Assembly (NCBI GenBank): GCA_051362555.1
Contig: CM120641.1
Coordinates: 1,922,001 to 1,986,000, forward strand
Reading direction: 5' to 3'
DNA length: 64,000 nt
DNA from: Lingula anatina
Taxonomy: Eukaryota > Animalia > Brachiopoda
Shown here in pieces: positions 11,901-25,716 of the stretch (position 1 is the first letter of the stretch; each line of letters begins with the position of its first letter). Both the position numbers and the translations under genes were made by a program. The notes beneath the pieces were generated by a model. That model saw only the letters and a program-made list of their open reading frames with translations, was not told the DNA's origin and ran no database searches.

Positions 11901-13543
11901 AATGGTGTCAAAGATATAGCTCCGAGGTTTCAATTGGTTTAGATTTATTCTGGGGCGATACAAGACGTGTTGCTACCGCGGGTACCGTGATAAAGCTTAA
12001 AAGAACTGCGGTAAACACATACAATAACATACATCTACATGTGAGAATTCACTGATTAACAACTTTGGACTGATGCAAAAACACGTTCGTTGCCATAGTT
12101 GCTCTTTTAAGGTGAAAAATCTATCATCATTTAGATATATTTATGCGCTAACTACCCTTAAGCTACTGCACTGCGTGCGTGCATGTGTGTGATTTTCGTT
12201 TGCGAACACTTTTCTTCAAAAACGGGAAAATCAATGATTGAAAACAAAAGGACAAAGCTATTTTCATTCCTTTCAAAACTAAAAAAAAATGTTTTGTTGA
12301 CTGTGAATGTTTCAGATACCGTATACGTTAATATGACTGTGTATTTTCTAAAAGTATCATGCTACTTGCTTATAGCTGCTTGGCCAGTGCAAGATGAATT
12401 CACAGAAAGTGAATTACCAGACAATTATCTGTTAAAGTCTGAGTTCATTACCGTCCAAATGGATGGCTCTTTGCCTAATTGAGTTATTTTTGAAAAGCAT
12501 ATTACCAGAAACACCTGTGGGAAGATATATAAATATTTGACAGACATTCACACTCATTGAATGACTTCGCCCGTTTTATCACTTTCACAGCCAACTGAAA
12601 TTGTTCTAACGAAAATAAACAAAACAATTAGATAATTGACGAGAAATTATCGTAATGGGTGTCAATCCTTAGGAAGACCTGAATGCATATACACAAACAA
12701 GTAAAAATACACAAAACAAGCGCCGGCAACTGCTGTCGGAATATGTTTTTGTTTCAGAGCATTGGCAAGTATTCTGAATATTAGGAATTCGCTGTCTGAA
12801 CATGGTGCGTTAATCGCTTACGTTAGGATAAGGAGTAAAGTATATGGCTTTAACATTCAGGCTCCTGTCGTCCTGCAATCTACATGTTACGCGCTTTTAA
12901 CAACTGTAGGATATATTGAAATATCGACAAACATATTACACTAAATGAGTAGCAATGTCTTCTCTCAGCAAACTTAATTAGATCTATCAGTGAATGAAAC
13001 CATACTTCATTTATTACAACCCGATAGGTTTGGGTATATCCATTTCTACACTCAACATGACTCGTATTTCACCTCTTGATTGGCATTTCGCGTAAGATAC
13101 TAAGCGTTTTTTCAACTCCCTTGGTAGCCTGCGACCTATCCTACGGAACTTGAGTCTCTTTGTGTTTAGTTAGTTTTACTTTACCGACGCCTTCATGACG
13201 GCAAATATGAATTGAAATAAGTGCACAACTAGACATATATCAAATTTCGATACAATAGGAACCTTTTCCAACCCAATCCTTTTTCACTTTTTCCTTGACT
13301 GTAATCAGGGATTTGCTGAGAGGGGGCAAAAATATTTTGATCCTATTTCCAAATGTAAAATTGCAGACAAGGGATGGAAACTTACTTGGTTTTGTCTCGT
13401 TTCGTTTACAATAACGTTTTTATTGAGATGGTGAGAAAAAAACACTGTACTTCTGTAGCTCTTTAGAGCTCTGTAGAGGTGGGGTGCTGTTCACCCCCCC
13501 GCCCCCCCCCCCCCCCCCCCGTACACACACACAAAAAAACACA

Positions 13544-13576
<33 letters not shown>

Positions 13577-13823
13577 GCACACAAACGCGCGCCCCAGATT
13601 CTAAAACTTCTTATTAACGAATTGCTCTTATCCGCTTTGGAAACAATTTAGGTCACAATGAAGTTATCCTATGAGGTTTGAGACAGAATAAAACAGATTC
13701 AAGTGTTATTTTCGAGCCTTTGTCATCAACCATAAACAATAATCATATGTGTAATACTACATCACATACAATAGTCTTTCTTGGACCTGCTCCCAAAGTA
13801 ACAGATAAATCTAATAACTATAA

Positions 13824-13941
13824 ATAATTATTTGACACAAGCTGAAAATAATTCCATCCCTTCAGCGTGCAGTCAACCTAATTGTGTGCCTTCATCACAC
13901 TAACGGTATGAAATTATTTTCAGCTCGTGTTAGATAATTAT
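13824..13941. mobile_element. Small palindromic MITE
   Basis: ATAATTATTTGACACAAGCTGAAAATAATTCCAT ... ATGAAATTATTTTCAGCTCGTGTTAGATAATTAT. Confidence 0.7.
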
Positions 13942-14503
13942 CATACATGTTCCTACAACAAGCTAATGGACATTTTTGCTCTTTTACAATAGACTTTGTC
14001 GCAAAAAATTATGGTAATTTCTGTTGTTAATTACTGGACATCTGGGTTGCTTTAGTCCTACTCAGAGAAACAATGTGAAACAAGCCTGTACATTTATCGA
14101 GAAATCCTCCACTGAATCTACTGAAATTCCTATGAAAAGATTTCTACGTCTATTACACAACGGGGCACTGGAAACCTGACGGGAAATTCATCAGTTTTCC
14201 GATTCAGAACGTCGAAAATTGGTACCCTCGAAGGTTATTGTGATTTTTATAAAATGCATAATTGTAATAATATGGAAATATTTGTCCATATTAGGTAATC
14301 ACAAAACAATTTTGTGTTCTTTGAATCACTCTCTTTGGCGATATCTCTGAAGTGTAATAGTGTACACCGTACGTGAATGAGGGGGACCTTTTCGTGAACG
14401 ACATAAGTGCTTCAAGGTTTGTGAATGTATTTACCGGGTATTCTATTTGGACACCACTTCCACATGCACGGTGTTAATAAAATGATCAGAGGAGCGTACC
14501 TGG

Positions 14504-14504
<1 letters not shown>

Positions 14505-14536
<32 letters not shown>
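14505..14536. repeat. Poly-G tract (32 nt)
   Basis: Seen directly. Confidence 0.9.
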
Positions 14537-14537
<1 letters not shown>

Positions 14538-17500
14538 ATCATAAGGTGAGACGAGATCTTATAAAAATTCTACAGAAGTAGTAAACATTCGCCATAATAA
14601 ATACCAGAAAGTTTATTACTTCAGGCGACTAATAAAAGATGCCCTATTATCGTTGGCTGAATCTCTGAGTCAGTTCTTAACTTGACATGCACGGGCGTTG
14701 TGAAGCACGCGGTATCCTCTCGTTACCTTTAATTAAGTTCAATCAGCCGTCCAAACTCATCTTATTTTCCTGACATAATCCAATCTACTACATAGGTTCT
14801 AACATTGGAATTGCATTTTCACTCAGTAGTCCAAGACAATTGACCTAATTCAATGACTGTAATGTTCCGAGGCACGATCATTTTTTTCTGAAAATGTCTG
14901 AAAACTATCTATATTTGAAAACTATTTATATTTGTCCAGCCTATAAGTGTAGTAAGTAACCGCCTAGGCCTTATCCAATGTAATTCAAGACCGAAACAAA
15001 CAGATAATAAGTTAGAGGTTTGATATTTACACGTAGTGAATGGTATCTGTTTCACACAGTCTAATATACATCTGCTGTGCCTGAGATGAGAAAATGTAAA
15101 CTGACATCATTCCCTTTTTTGCTTTCAAGTCGTGTTTAGTACAAAAGACTCATAAATCGTTTCTTTATAGCTCAAACAAATATATGTTTCAAACGAATCT
15201 TTTGGGACATTTACCGTTTACATCAGCTGAAAAGATAGACCAGCTTTGCGTAGCTTGAACACTTTTAAGGTTCAAAATGCGGCCTTTTGTTACGTACGCA
15301 ATATGTGTAGGGTCTACACTTGACTACTATGAATTCAACTACCTGTGTACCTGTGTACCTGTGTACTCAACTACCTGATTTCTGCTTCTAAGGTGTCTAA
15401 TCAGAAACACTGGACATTTAAAACACTCGATCTTTTCATTGCGTTTTAGGGGATTTTTATTCAATAATACCATCATCAGATTCAATGAGTTGTGAAGTTA
15501 GAAACTGAAAAAATAGTGAAGACATAAAAATAACTATAGAAGAATATGAAGCTAGAGACTTCAGGCACACGCAACTGCATAAATAAATCATGCTGTCCTT
15601 AAAAACGTCAAGTCGATTATTACATACCTATATTTTAAAATTCGATAAAGTAAAAAATAATTGAAATTTGTGAGTGGTCGGAGTGCTTTATTTCATAGCA
15701 GAGTGAGTAGTTGTTTATTTTTAATCTATTCCAGATAGAATTCCCTGAAGGGAGGTCAACTGCGATGCTACTTTCGTTATCTTGTCCATACACCCGGGGA
15801 CTGTGATGATGGATGTTCGATTACTTTTTTTTTCACTGCCCTGCAAAAGAAGATAAAGATATTTAGATTGTCGATGAAAACCCTACTTTTCCATAAAAGT
15901 ATGTCCTTATCTAGCATTGATTAGCAGCCCTTTTGTGTTTGCATGCCAGATGGACGAACAGTTCAGTTGGATTCCTGGGTGATTCAACTGCTGTATCATT
16001 AGTCTAGAGAGAGGTGTTTGAATGTCTTCTATAATTTATCATTATTTATTTTAGTTATAGAGTGAAATAGTTGTTTCTACAGAAGTCTATAAGGTGACCC
16101 TCGTTATGTGCCGTGATACAGAGTAAGCAAAGGTAAGCCTCGCCCTAGATCTTGACCCACTTACGTCAGGCTAACCCTAACCTGTATTATTAAATGAAGG
16201 GTGGACTCTCTGTTCCATGGACCCTCTGTTTCGTCAAACCGGTGAAAATGGCTAATTTGACTTTGGCGTTTTTGAAGGGACTGTCGTTGTTACTTAGCAG
16301 TACCCTTTCGCGCTCAGCTACCTTTCCTATGATAGTAACGGTCAAGGTCACAAGAGAGTGGGTGTCAATTTGACTGTACCTGTTGGATGGCCGACTCGCC
16401 ACATGGATAAGAAAAAATTCCAGTCTAAATGTTCAAATCAGGGCATATTGACAAGTTAACGGTCACAAGAGTAATTACTTTGGGACACTTAATTGGTATT
16501 CATACCGCTCCCAATATTTCACACTCGCAAAAAATGGAATAGCATGCAATTATTTCTAACCTTATTTTCTGGTCAATCATTATAGACTACAGGGTCTACC
16601 TGTACAGCAGCGACTGCCTACACCCACCTTGTATTCGTGGCAATAATGTTGGGTCAAAAGTTTAGATTGGAGTGTTTATTTCCAATACCGCGAAGCTCAA
16701 ACGTGTAAATGAAATAAAACGAATGAAGCCAGTATCACACCCATGTAAAAATGTGTGATTCGGTGGCAAGTCAAGCACCGGTCACGGTGATAGTCGCTGT
16801 CACACAAGTAAAACTGAGACAGCTTTGCCAATGGAAAAGAACAGACAGAGAACAAAAAACCATTCCAGTGCATTCAACATTTTTAGGCCAAGGTACAAAC
16901 AAGGTGAGGGGTTTTCAATGCCACGAGATATATCACGTCATTTCTCTTGAGAACTCCTCTGAAAGGCCAAGGCAATGATAACTGATATAATATGTTGTTT
17001 TTCTGGTTTACTGCAAAGTATCTAAATCCCCCTGTCATGCAATACGGGCGATTTAATTGACGGAAATTTCGTGTTCGGTTTCTGGCGATATGTAATTGCG
17101 TCGATTTTCCGGCAGCAGTAGATCTATTCTTTAGATAACAGGCTTCCGTTTAGGTAATATCTGGTGCAAATAGAAGACCTAACCTTTCAATGCAGCGATT
17201 AAGAGAAGCATTGCATAAAAAAAACATAACTGTGTAATATTCTATACTTTCTTCAAGGTCTTCCCAAGCTAAGCCAAAAATAAAAAAGGTCAACGCCCAG
17301 ACAGTACGGCCAGACAAAATTGATAAGTTCGTTAGAGATTGCAACCGACCCTAATTTTGTGGAAAATTCCTTATAGCCTATTTCTTAAGGGAAAATACAT
17401 TGGGTATTGGTTTGGTTATTAAGTTAATTTTTTTAATTGACCCTGTGGCCCGAGGTAAAACCTGTTGGTTTTATGCTCTAAAATCAAAAACAATTCCTCC

Positions 17501-17792
17501 CCTTTAAATGAATAGAAATATATAAACAAAACCACCAACCGACTCTGAAATTAGGCTGATATGATCGTTATATTGTTTAGCATATGTTTAAAAAATAAGT
17601 TAATTCTATCAAACTTCTTGCACAAAGAGTCGCCTCTTCGTATATTCTAAAGAGACCGTTGGTTTCCTGTACTATCTTCCATTGTGCCCTTATACGGCGG
17701 GATGTTCTCACTGATTGTGAACAGAGGAGCACATCTAACACAATGCCATGCAATATGTGATTGTGGTTTGCTTTCAGCGTTATTCATATTAT

Positions 17793-17794
<2 letters not shown>

Positions 17795-17837
<43 letters not shown>

Positions 17838-17838
17838 G
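17795..17838. repeat. (GA)n microsatellite
   Basis: Seen directly. Confidence 0.9.
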
Positions 17839-19299
17839 GTAGCATAAAGAAACAGGAAGTCAAAAGAAAAATGAAATCAGAGGAAATATGTATACACGAT
17901 AAAATACAAGAAAACAAAAAAACGCTTCTTTTTTCAAATTTGAGAAAGTGGCGAAAGCTGGTACAGACAAAAAAGCTGGTACAGATTCAAAAAAGCTGGT
18001 AATGATTCAAAAAATATTTTGTCAATTTTGATCCAATTATACATAATGTTTAACAGCAAAATCACCACGAATTTATTATGTACCATACGTAACATGGATA
18101 TTCAAATAATGTTACTAGCGAAGTGTTTCAGGTCTGTGGGTGTGATGTGAAATATGGACATTTTACATAAATTGCATTGCTTCTAGAAAAGATACTTTGT
18201 ATACAATATAATATGTGCTGAAAAAACCCCTCATAACTTCAAGAGAAATAATTCAATCAGGCTGGATTTCGAACCCGACCTGTACGTTAGCACTGTGATC
18301 ACTCCTGTAAGTTTGAAGACAATAGTTCAACAGATTTGACACTGTGTGTGCTGAAAAAGCAAGAAAAAACAGCAAGTCTTTTGGATAATTAGTCCGATGA
18401 AGCTGATTTTCCAACAAACTCGACCTTTATTTTACAAATATTTATCAGTTTTGTAAGATCGAAGACTAAAGGTCAAATGGAATTCCGCTTATCATGTTAT
18501 CAGTGAAAGTGCACGGCGACGGTGACGACGGACGCAGGTGATGGCTAGGCCTATATGTACAGGCACGATTTGACTGTACTTAAAAAAGATCGCATTTCCC
18601 AAGAAAGATCCAGTCTGTGTACTCTTTGAAATGAAGACGCGTTCATGTACTGCAGCAGTTACATTATACAGCACAGTATCTAGGACACCCATTTAACGAA
18701 AATGAAAACAGAAATAGCAGACTTAAATTAAACTATTTAACAAACGGTACAGGTTTCTGTACATGCGTTTTTAGTTCCTATCAAAAGTCCCTATGTAGCC
18801 AAGAAAGTAATCCAGTTCACTGTCCGTGTAGAGCGTAAGGACTCTCTTCGCTCAAAGTCAGGTTATTTTAATAAAGATTAACATAAAAGTCGCTTATCTC
18901 TCAAACTTGTGCAAAACAGAAAAGTGTACCGTACGAAGTAAGAAGGTCCCTAAACCATGCCTCCACGGGAGCGGGAAGGTTAAGCACAATTTGGTGGTTA
19001 GATGATATAACAGATAGCTGACGTTATCTTCTGATCGTGTGAATACAGGCTTGAAAGTTAGCACCACAGCCGTCAGTGGTCCACCGCGGTACTCTGCAGA
19101 ACCAACCAAGTCCGAAAATTATGACATTTATCTTAATTATGATGTGGAATTTATCTGGTAAATCCAAATTCGAATTAGCACTGCCACCGTCTTATGTGTA
19201 AAACTCGATTGTCTATAAAATTTTTTCAGCTACTGGATAATGTATTTTGTGAAGCAGTTTTGTAAATACATGTAGACATACTAGTATGCATGCAATGGA

Positions 19300-19339
<40 letters not shown>
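19300..19339. repeat. (TC)n(TG)n microsatellite
   Basis: Seen directly. Confidence 0.9.
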
Positions 19340-19340
<1 letters not shown>

Positions 19341-22099
19341 ATGAAGACCAGTCGAGCACTGTGAGGTGAGCACTATCCCGTGTCCTCGAGGTGACCACCC
19401 TAAATCTGGACCAGTGCATGCCAATTACTACTGGTAACCGCACGCTGGCCGCACTTGACCGCGGGGTGATGGAATCATTATATCAGTCCAGCGACACATT
19501 CCATCAGAAAACGAATTATTGCTATCTTTAATGGTACCTTGTAACCAAGAAGAAAACAACCTTCGATAAAAATCTTCTATGAGTGTGCATAAACAAAATG
19601 AGATGTAAAATTTTATTTTGATAATGAATTCATCGAAACGGCACCAAACGCAGCATCTACCCATCCTGTTTAATGAACTGCACTTACTTAACTGATAATA
19701 TCATTACGCGTTCTACAAAAACGCCACGGGTCTACTTTATCTCAAAGAATAATTCTGTTGTTCATATAAAATGTGGAGGAGTAATAAAAAATCACTATTT
19801 CTACGAAATGAATAGGTAATGACACGCATGAATACAGTGCGTTACATCCAAATGACTTGAGCTTGTCTTTAACTTTGTTTTTAACTGTCAGTTTTAAAAA
19901 AGAAATCATTTGTCAGTTTCGTGAGTAACAGTAACACGCAACAGGATGTAATCCATATTATGACTACGGACAGAAGTACATGTAATACATGGACATGTAA
20001 TACGTAGTTTATTTTTTTAGGAATAAGTATAAATTATATGTTATTGGGATTTTTGTCATATTTTTCTGTAATATTAGTCTCTCCTGATTCCCCAAATACG
20101 TTTTCTTTTCTAATTGGTAATAGAATTTTCGATAACACCGGAAAATTTATGTCAATTAATTTTTGAGCCGTTGTTGTGCTTAAAACTGTGATTTAATGGA
20201 AATGAATAGCAACTCTTATCAACAGTTCAGAACTTTAATCACAACAAACAGGTACAGGTTGTGCAGAAATAATCATACATGAATAAATATATGCAGATAA
20301 GTAAACATATATTCATTATTGTTTATGTATATATACATAAACAAAAATGAATTAACAAATAAAAAAGACAAGACAGTAGATAAGAGAATTGATAAATAAG
20401 TAAATGAAGAAGTGATAAAATTAATCTTAAAAAAGCATGTAAAGGCCAGCTACTATTTCAATTTCCCCGTCATGACATTCCAAAAAATATGGTTGTCGGA
20501 CATTCTCGTCGTAATCTTGTCGGTTTCTAATCAAATTATCTATCTAATTTTTAACGATCTAGTCACCTATGTAACACTCTCTCACAGCTGCCGCTCCTGT
20601 CCCTAAAGATGTTATCAGAAAGGTTGTTTTTGTGGGATATCTGGCAACAGGGTCAAGTAAGGCTCGTGGTACCAGTGGCACCGGGGTTGATTCACAGAAC
20701 TGATTCATCGCTGAGAGTTGGTGGATAAAAATTAGACAAGACCTATCCCTGCTGTCATTTACACCTTCAGCGTCCCTTGGAGTCAGCGTGTGAGTTTTTA
20801 CCGCAGTATCACAGCCTGTGTGTCAATGCGCCTTCTCTTAACTGGAGTGCACATAAAGGTAATATTTGAAGTTAATATTTCAGGGCTCATTTTCAGTTTA
20901 CCTTTTTAGGCTATAATACGGTGTTATGATTACTTGTCGCATTGAAATTGTAACTTGCTTTTGTTATCTTTCGTTACAATCCTTGTGTGTGCAATGCATA
21001 CTATTACTGTTATTGAATTAGAGTAAAATCCTTACTGTTTCACTGTTGCACGCGACAGTTGGTAGTACACAAGATGGTGAAGTGGTCGTTGATTGTTACA
21101 TCACACGCAACAATCAGACAGTGACTCTTGAAAGAATACCACTGCCACGAGAACGGCTTACTGGTGTAACAGGTATGGAAGTCCTCTAGGAACCGTAGTC
21201 CGCGTCCCATTGCTTTGTACAGGCGACATTCGTCCCATATACTAACCCCAATACTCCAAATATCCCTAACTTCCATTCCTAGACAACCATTCCTGTTACA
21301 CCTGTACATGTTTAATTGGATAGGGGTTAGGGTTGGGGGTGGGGGGGGGGGGGGGGAGAGTAAAGGTTAGCACTCTTATCTTAGAATAAATGACCATATG
21401 AATTGGCCTCATACTTATTCGAAACTACAAGGTACAAAGAGAAATTGCTTTTCACAGTCAGTGGTTCGTATATGGCGTTATGTGAGGACATACCGTTACT
21501 CGTAAACAACTCTTGTTGTTTTCAAAATTTGTCATTTAATATTTTCCATAAATTTGGCCGCACAGTCGAATTCAATTTACACCAAATTTAAACGAGCGTT
21601 TATATGTCTGACACCCTGGGATTGCAGACGACTGGACATCGGAAACTAAAAAGGAAAAAGCGCTCTCTTGCAAAACATTCCTATTTATAGACAATCTCAC
21701 TATTTCATTAAATGCTTTTGAAACATAGGGCTATTTTATGTATTTTTTATCCTTCATTGTGTACCGGTGTGCATCCTCACTTATTTTAAGTGTCGACCAT
21801 AATTATTTTGAATTTTATAAGCTTTTATAAGGGTAAAATAGCATGATATCAGAACTTCATTGATAATGCCAATCAGTATAAATGCATATGGTGTAAAGTA
21901 GACGCATTGTATCTAAGCATGGGGGTTATCCAATTTGACGCAAGTCACCACTTCAACAGCGTCACAACTCTCCTTTCTTTTATGTGTGCAGTTGCGTATT
22001 ACTGTAAGATACTTGAGTAGTTTTATCGATACTTCACACGCACTTCGTGTTCTCTCTCTTTCTCTCTCTCTCTCTCGGGTATTGAAGGGGTACTAAGTA

Positions 22100-22440
22100 A
22101 GGAAAACCCCCTCCATTGGTCAGTACAAAGACAATGGTCAGCGCTGTTTACAACAAGGAAGTACGTTTGAATCTAAATTTTAACATCTAGCGTGAAACTT
22201 TGACACCGTTCTCTCACCCATGCTTCTCGTAAATCACACATTATTACAGTGAAGACAAGGTCTGATGGTTGCTACCACGCTACCTGCCGACTTTGGTCAA
22301 AGGTCAAATGCCCTTATATGGAAGACGAAATGACGAGATAGTGAAACAGTGGAAACGTGACGTCATTAGATAGTCAAATTTCTTCATTGGTGGTTCTATT
22401 TTTAGATGCGTAAACAAACGTGGGCCCTATATATACCTCC
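22100..22440 (+). promoter_or_regulatory. Putative promoter of the ankyrin gene
   Basis: TATATATA 22428-22435, full CRE TGACGTCA 22358-22365, DR1-like TGGTCAAAGGTCA 22294-22306, forkhead GTAAACAAA about 22410, kB-like GGGGTTTTCC (- strand, 22101-22110). Motif matches only. Confidence 0.45.
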
Positions 22441-22543
22441 CTTGTCTTATTTTCCAGCAGAAACAATAATTTGAGTGAAGAAGTCAGTGGGACAAAACTG
22501 AGACAATCTAAGACCATACAAGACTTTTAACATACCAACAAAG

Positions 22544-22859
22544 ATGGTAAAAGTTACAAATATAACAGCCAAGAAAAACAAACATTGCACCAATGACGAG
22601 AGATTGCACGAAGCAGTGTTGAAGAACAACTTGGATGCTGTGAAGAAATTGACTAAAGTCGAATGCGACGTTAACGCTAGACAAACCAGCGGTGGTAAAA
22701 CGGCATTGTTTTATGCCGTCTGCTATGGCCGCCTGGACATCGCTAAAGCTCTCCTTCACAATGGCGCTGATCCAGACCTACCTGAAGACAGAGGAAACAC
22801 GCCCCTTCACGAGGCAGTCGAGAAGGCCGATATTTACATGGTCCACCTTTTGTTATCAC
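22544..22859 (+). CDS. Ankyrin-repeat protein (287 aa, 6 ANK), coding exon 1
   Basis: MVKVT...LHEAV..GKTALFYAV..GNTPLHEAV..LLLS; donor C|GTAAGT, phase 1. Confidence 0.9.
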
Positions 22860-23033
22860 GTAAGTTACTCAAAAATTTCCACGTTTTAAAAAAGTTTGTA
22901 AATGTGTCGTCAAGGTACTTTTATGCATGTACGTCTGCTGGTCTCTGCTTTTGATAGATTTGGAACCAGCCGTCTTCGTTAAGGCATGTATTATGAATAC
23001 CGACTGATGATTTTGAGCAATGTGTCATACATG

Positions 23034-23064
<31 letters not shown>

Positions 23065-23690
23065 ACAAAAACGAGATAAATTAATATTTCCTTCAGTTTA
23101 TCCTCTTGAAATATTATCTCTCAATGAACAGGTTAAAATGATTATAGAACTGGCGTATTTTATAAGCGTTGATTTGTTTATGATAAGTTGAGGAAAATAC
23201 TATAACGGCAGGATACATTCAGATTATAATCAAGCTTTGATATCCTGAATGTCAGATTGCATTGAGGAAATAGATGTTTATATATATCTAAACTTTTACA
23301 CACTTGAGAAGATATCTAATATTCAAAAGAGGAAGGAACTCGGATATCATCTTTGATAAGTAAATTATTGCATAATAACTTGTCATTACGTCAAAGATGT
23401 TGATAAAACGTGGTAAACTCTTATCAAATCATTATCTTTTTGAAGTTATTTCCAGTTGTTTGACCAAAAAGGAAGGCATCAGATGATTGTCACAGATATA
23501 TTTTCCTAACTATGTCGGCATGTAATTTGTATAGTATTGACAAATGGTACGAATGATTATGTATCGAACTGAATAAAGGGAAAAAAATCAAGTGAGTCTA
23601 TCTTCGCGATGAACGAGCTTATGCGATCATATCACTCAAGTGCACTATGGCCTTTTATGTCATTTTAATCTTATCTCATCTTGACTTCAG

Positions 23691-23792
23691 ACAAAGCAGA
23701 CGTAAATGCACAGAACCAGAGAAAGCAGACGGCGCTGTCCTTATCTTCACTGTACGGCTATGTGGACATTGCAGAAACCTTGCTTAACAATG
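23691..23792 (+). CDS. Ankyrin-repeat protein, coding exon 2
   Basis: Acceptor TTCAG; (H)KADVNAQNQRKQTALSLSSLYGYVDIAETLLNN(G); donor GTAAG; 102 bp, phase 1-1. Confidence 0.9.
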
Positions 23793-24060
23793 GTAAGACA
23801 TTAGCATGCTTACTCTCGTACGTATAGTTGAGTTTGAAAAAAAAATGATATTATCATATACCAACACGAATTATTCTCCGAGTAAAGAATAGGCTTACCA
23901 GTAAAACACCTGGAATAAGCTTACCAGTAGCCTAAAACACCTGGTAAACCTGAGTCTTTGGCATATTTAACCTTAAAGAACAGACATATTGAGTGGATTT
24001 AAAATGTTTTGTTAAAGTGTGGTATTCTTTTATTATATTAACCCGTTAACTGTCTTGTAG

Positions 24061-24267
24061 GTGCACTAATTGACCACTATGATAACGAAGGTCGCACGCC
24101 TCTCCTGATAGCCCTTCACGAGGGGAACGAAGACATGGCACGCCTCTTAATATCACGTGACTGTGACGTGCACCACTGTGATGATAAGGGGACGTCAGCA
24201 TTCTATCTGGCGATTCACTCTCCAAATCTGCGAGATATTAGTCTTGCGAGACTATTAATTGCAACAG
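24061..24267 (+). CDS. Ankyrin-repeat protein, coding exon 3
   Basis: Acceptor TTGTAG; ALIDHYDNEGRTPLLIALHEG...KGTSAFYLAIH...LLIAT(G); donor GTGAG; 207 bp, phase 1-1. Confidence 0.9.
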
Positions 24268-24616
24268 GTGAGATAAAACAGCTTTTTAAAAATTGTGTTA
24301 GATGAGGACACCTAACACAATTCAGAAATTGGTGCGCCTGATTCTGGCTTCAGAACACTAGTTGCAAACCTATTGCGACACATTTGTACAACATGCTAAG
24401 TTCTTGGAAAAGAATATTTTTTGATATTTTAATCTATGAAAGTATTGAATTTATTTGCACTATCCGCCTGCCGGCTTCCGAAATGTCAAAATACCATGTA
24501 TCTCCATGAATTTGAATCTCCTAGAAGTGTTTTAATTCTAATAAATATGATACCATACTATTTCCCTAAAGGTAAAAAACGACTGACGTAAAACCCAATT
24601 ACCTTTTGTCTTCTAG

Positions 24617-24855
24617 GCTACAAAGTCCAACAAGATAAGTCTTGGCTGTGTGCCGACCACGCCTCGCCTCCCGGACTTTTCTTCTCGAACAGAAAGTTTT
24701 TCTATGAACTCACAGGTCAACAAATTACTGACAGTGATGAATGTACAAACGATTTCAGACGCAAAAGTATAAAATGCAAAAGTTTCAACCAAAGCAAACA
24801 GCTTCTCCATGAATACAAACAAGGCCTTATTTCGGACTGCGTCACCCATTTATAA
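24617..24855 (+). CDS. Ankyrin-repeat protein, terminal coding exon 4 (non-ANK tail)
   Basis: Acceptor CTTTTGTCTTCTAG; in-frame YKVQQDKSWLCADH...ISDCVTHL*; AATAAA signals downstream at about 25332 and 25401. Confidence 0.75.
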
Positions 24856-25572
24856 GGAAACCACACGTGCCATTTTGTTTGGGGATTTTTTAAATCAAAT
24901 AATATTTTAATACCAATGTAGCTGTATCAAATACAGCAAGATTGATTATTCCCAGTTTTAGTTCTCACAGTTACAACAACAATTATAGTTTTTAGAACAT
25001 GAAATACTCCCAATTTATACCTCTGACAAATCAGTAGACACGATATTGACGATGTTGACGTACTTATGCTTCTTTATTTTTAATAGGTATTTTATTTTTC
25101 ATGTTTAATTTCTTAATTTTTGATGATGCCAAACAGATGGACATAAATTCGTTGCTTGTTTTAAAAGCAAGAGAAAAAATTACAAGAAAATATCCCATTA
25201 CAGAAAAAAAAAAGATTATTGAATTTCACATGCTGTAATGAACACCAGTCTTCATCCTGAATACTACTGTAAATATTTTATTGTATGTCTTTTGTACTCT
25301 TGATAATTTTGTAATTTTGCATGTTTCTTTTAATAAAAAAATTCACTGTAACCAATGTGTTTTCGTATTTCAATATAGCGATTGCACCGTTTTGTATACC
25401 AATAAAAGTCTATTTTAAGTTCCATTTAGAAGCACATAGTCACAGTCCTTCAAAATGATGGAATTTGAAATGAATCAAATGAGTTGAGACAAAACAAAAA
25501 TAGCAACAATCAGAACAGAGTTGATAAAACTCGTACAGTGTGGTTACAACCATCCTTAAGGCTGACTGAAAT

Positions 25573-25716
25573 TCTCCTAGAAGTGTTTTAATTCTAATAA
25601 ATATGATACCATACTATTTCCCTAAAGGTAAAAAACGACCGACGTAAAACCCAATTACCTTTTGTCTTCTAGGCTACAAAGTCCAACAAGATAAGTCTTG
25701 GCTGTGTGCCGACCAC
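25573..25716 (+). repeat. 144-bp direct duplication of 24517-24660 (end of intron 3 plus start of exon 4)
   Basis: Identical apart from one T/C; followed directly by an in-frame TAG. Confidence 0.9.

Noticed and set aside
18258-18295. tRNA or SINE B-box (GGTTCGAAATCC on - strand)
   Set aside because: No A-box or cloverleaf; too short to call.
21321-21356. Telomeric TTAGGG repeat
   Set aside because: Only 1-2 imperfect units grading into poly-G.
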